Source: Bugula neritina
Lineage: Eukaryota > Animalia > Bryozoa
NCBI GenBank assembly: GCA_964035545.1
Contig: CAXIUT010000255.1
Location: 28,587-92,586, forward strand
Direction of reading: 5' to 3'
DNA: 64,000 nt
Shown here: positions 63,546 to 64,000 of the stretch, one piece after another
How positions within the stretch are numbered: position 1 is the first letter of the stretch
Layout of the letters: each line of letters opens with the position of its first letter
Notes under the pieces: model-generated
The model's input: only the letters and a program-made list of their open reading frames with translations
Database searches by the model: none
What the model was told of the DNA's origin: nothing
Made by a program: the position numbers and the translations under genes

Positions 63546-63920
63546 TTATTTAATTAAAACAAGATATCGGGACGGCGCTAGCACCTTTTCTTCTGCAGAG
63601 TAGAATTATTTTGATTTATTAAACAGTATTAAAAATTAAAAAGTTTAATTATATTTAAGATTCTAAATATTATTTTTAAAGCTGATTTTAATTACAAAGC
63701 AGACTCTTTTATCAGATATTAGTTTATTTTATTTCCAGGACTGATAAATTAATTTTAGTTTACTTTTGTCAATCAAAAAGATAAGTTTTAGTTGATTATT
63801 CTGATACAACATTAACTATGTTGTTTTTATCACTCGAATTCAAAACTCAATTATTAGTTATAGTTGGGAATGTTTTCATTATAAGACTGTTAAAGAACTT
63901 AATTTATTAATATTTAAAAA

Positions 63921-64000
63921 GGGGTTGGGGTTGGGGTTGGGGTTGGGGTTGGGGTTGGGGTTGGGGTTGGGGTTGGGGTTGGGTTGGGGTTGGGGTTGGG
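63921..64000 (+). repeat. Terminal telomeric repeat (GGGGTT)n, probable chromosome end
   Basis: Runs to the end of the window after an AT-rich subtelomeric spacer. Confidence 0.9.

Noticed and set aside
63566-63600. Short GC-rich subtelomeric patch (GGGACGGCGCTAGCACC) as a tRNA or snRNA
   Set aside because: Too short, with no cloverleaf or snRNA motif recognisable.
1-64000. Widespread pseudogenisation suggested by frequent in-frame TAA/TAG
   Set aside because: These codons sit at conserved Glu positions, so the genes are intact under table 30.

Overview
AT-rich, gene-dense eukaryotic DNA that reads as the right end of a ciliate macronuclear chromosome. It ends in (GGGGTT)n, has 18-28 nt GT-AG introns and very short intergenic spacers, and uses TGA as the only stop. 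TAA and TAG both fall on invariant Glu positions (HRDIKP-E-N, PKTC-E-NF, GVG-E-R-E, CR-E-RW), which is the peritrich nuclear code (NCBI table 30), so the supplied standard-code ORF track is fragmented and often in the wrong frame. 1-25 kb holds housekeeping-type genes: RBBP4-like WD40, a PH-domain protein, a GBP-like protein, a secreted beta-lactamase-family hydrolase, RNase MRP RNA, NUG1/GNL3, DBP7/DDX31, a B-box/WD40 protein, a TTLL, PPWD1, a CK1-like kinase and a full ABCA transporter. 25-54 kb is a tandem segmental array carrying five paralogs of a secreted block-copolymer protein that I do not recognise: signal peptide, Gly/Asn beta-solenoid-like repeats, Pro/Glu rods, then a very Arg-rich tail. 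Two of the array units also carry SEPSECS, an EF-hand gene and an orphan ORF. 54-64 kb has Myb, kinase, prominin/tweety-like, ankyrin and dynein-light-chain-like genes. Six 63-75 bp internal telomere tracts, all in the same polarity and register, punctuate the window. Some replace an equal length of sequence, one of them inside PPWD1. They may mark nested alternative chromosome ends, or they may be consensus artefacts of such ends. All translations were done by hand with TAR=Glu, and some start and end coordinates are approximate.
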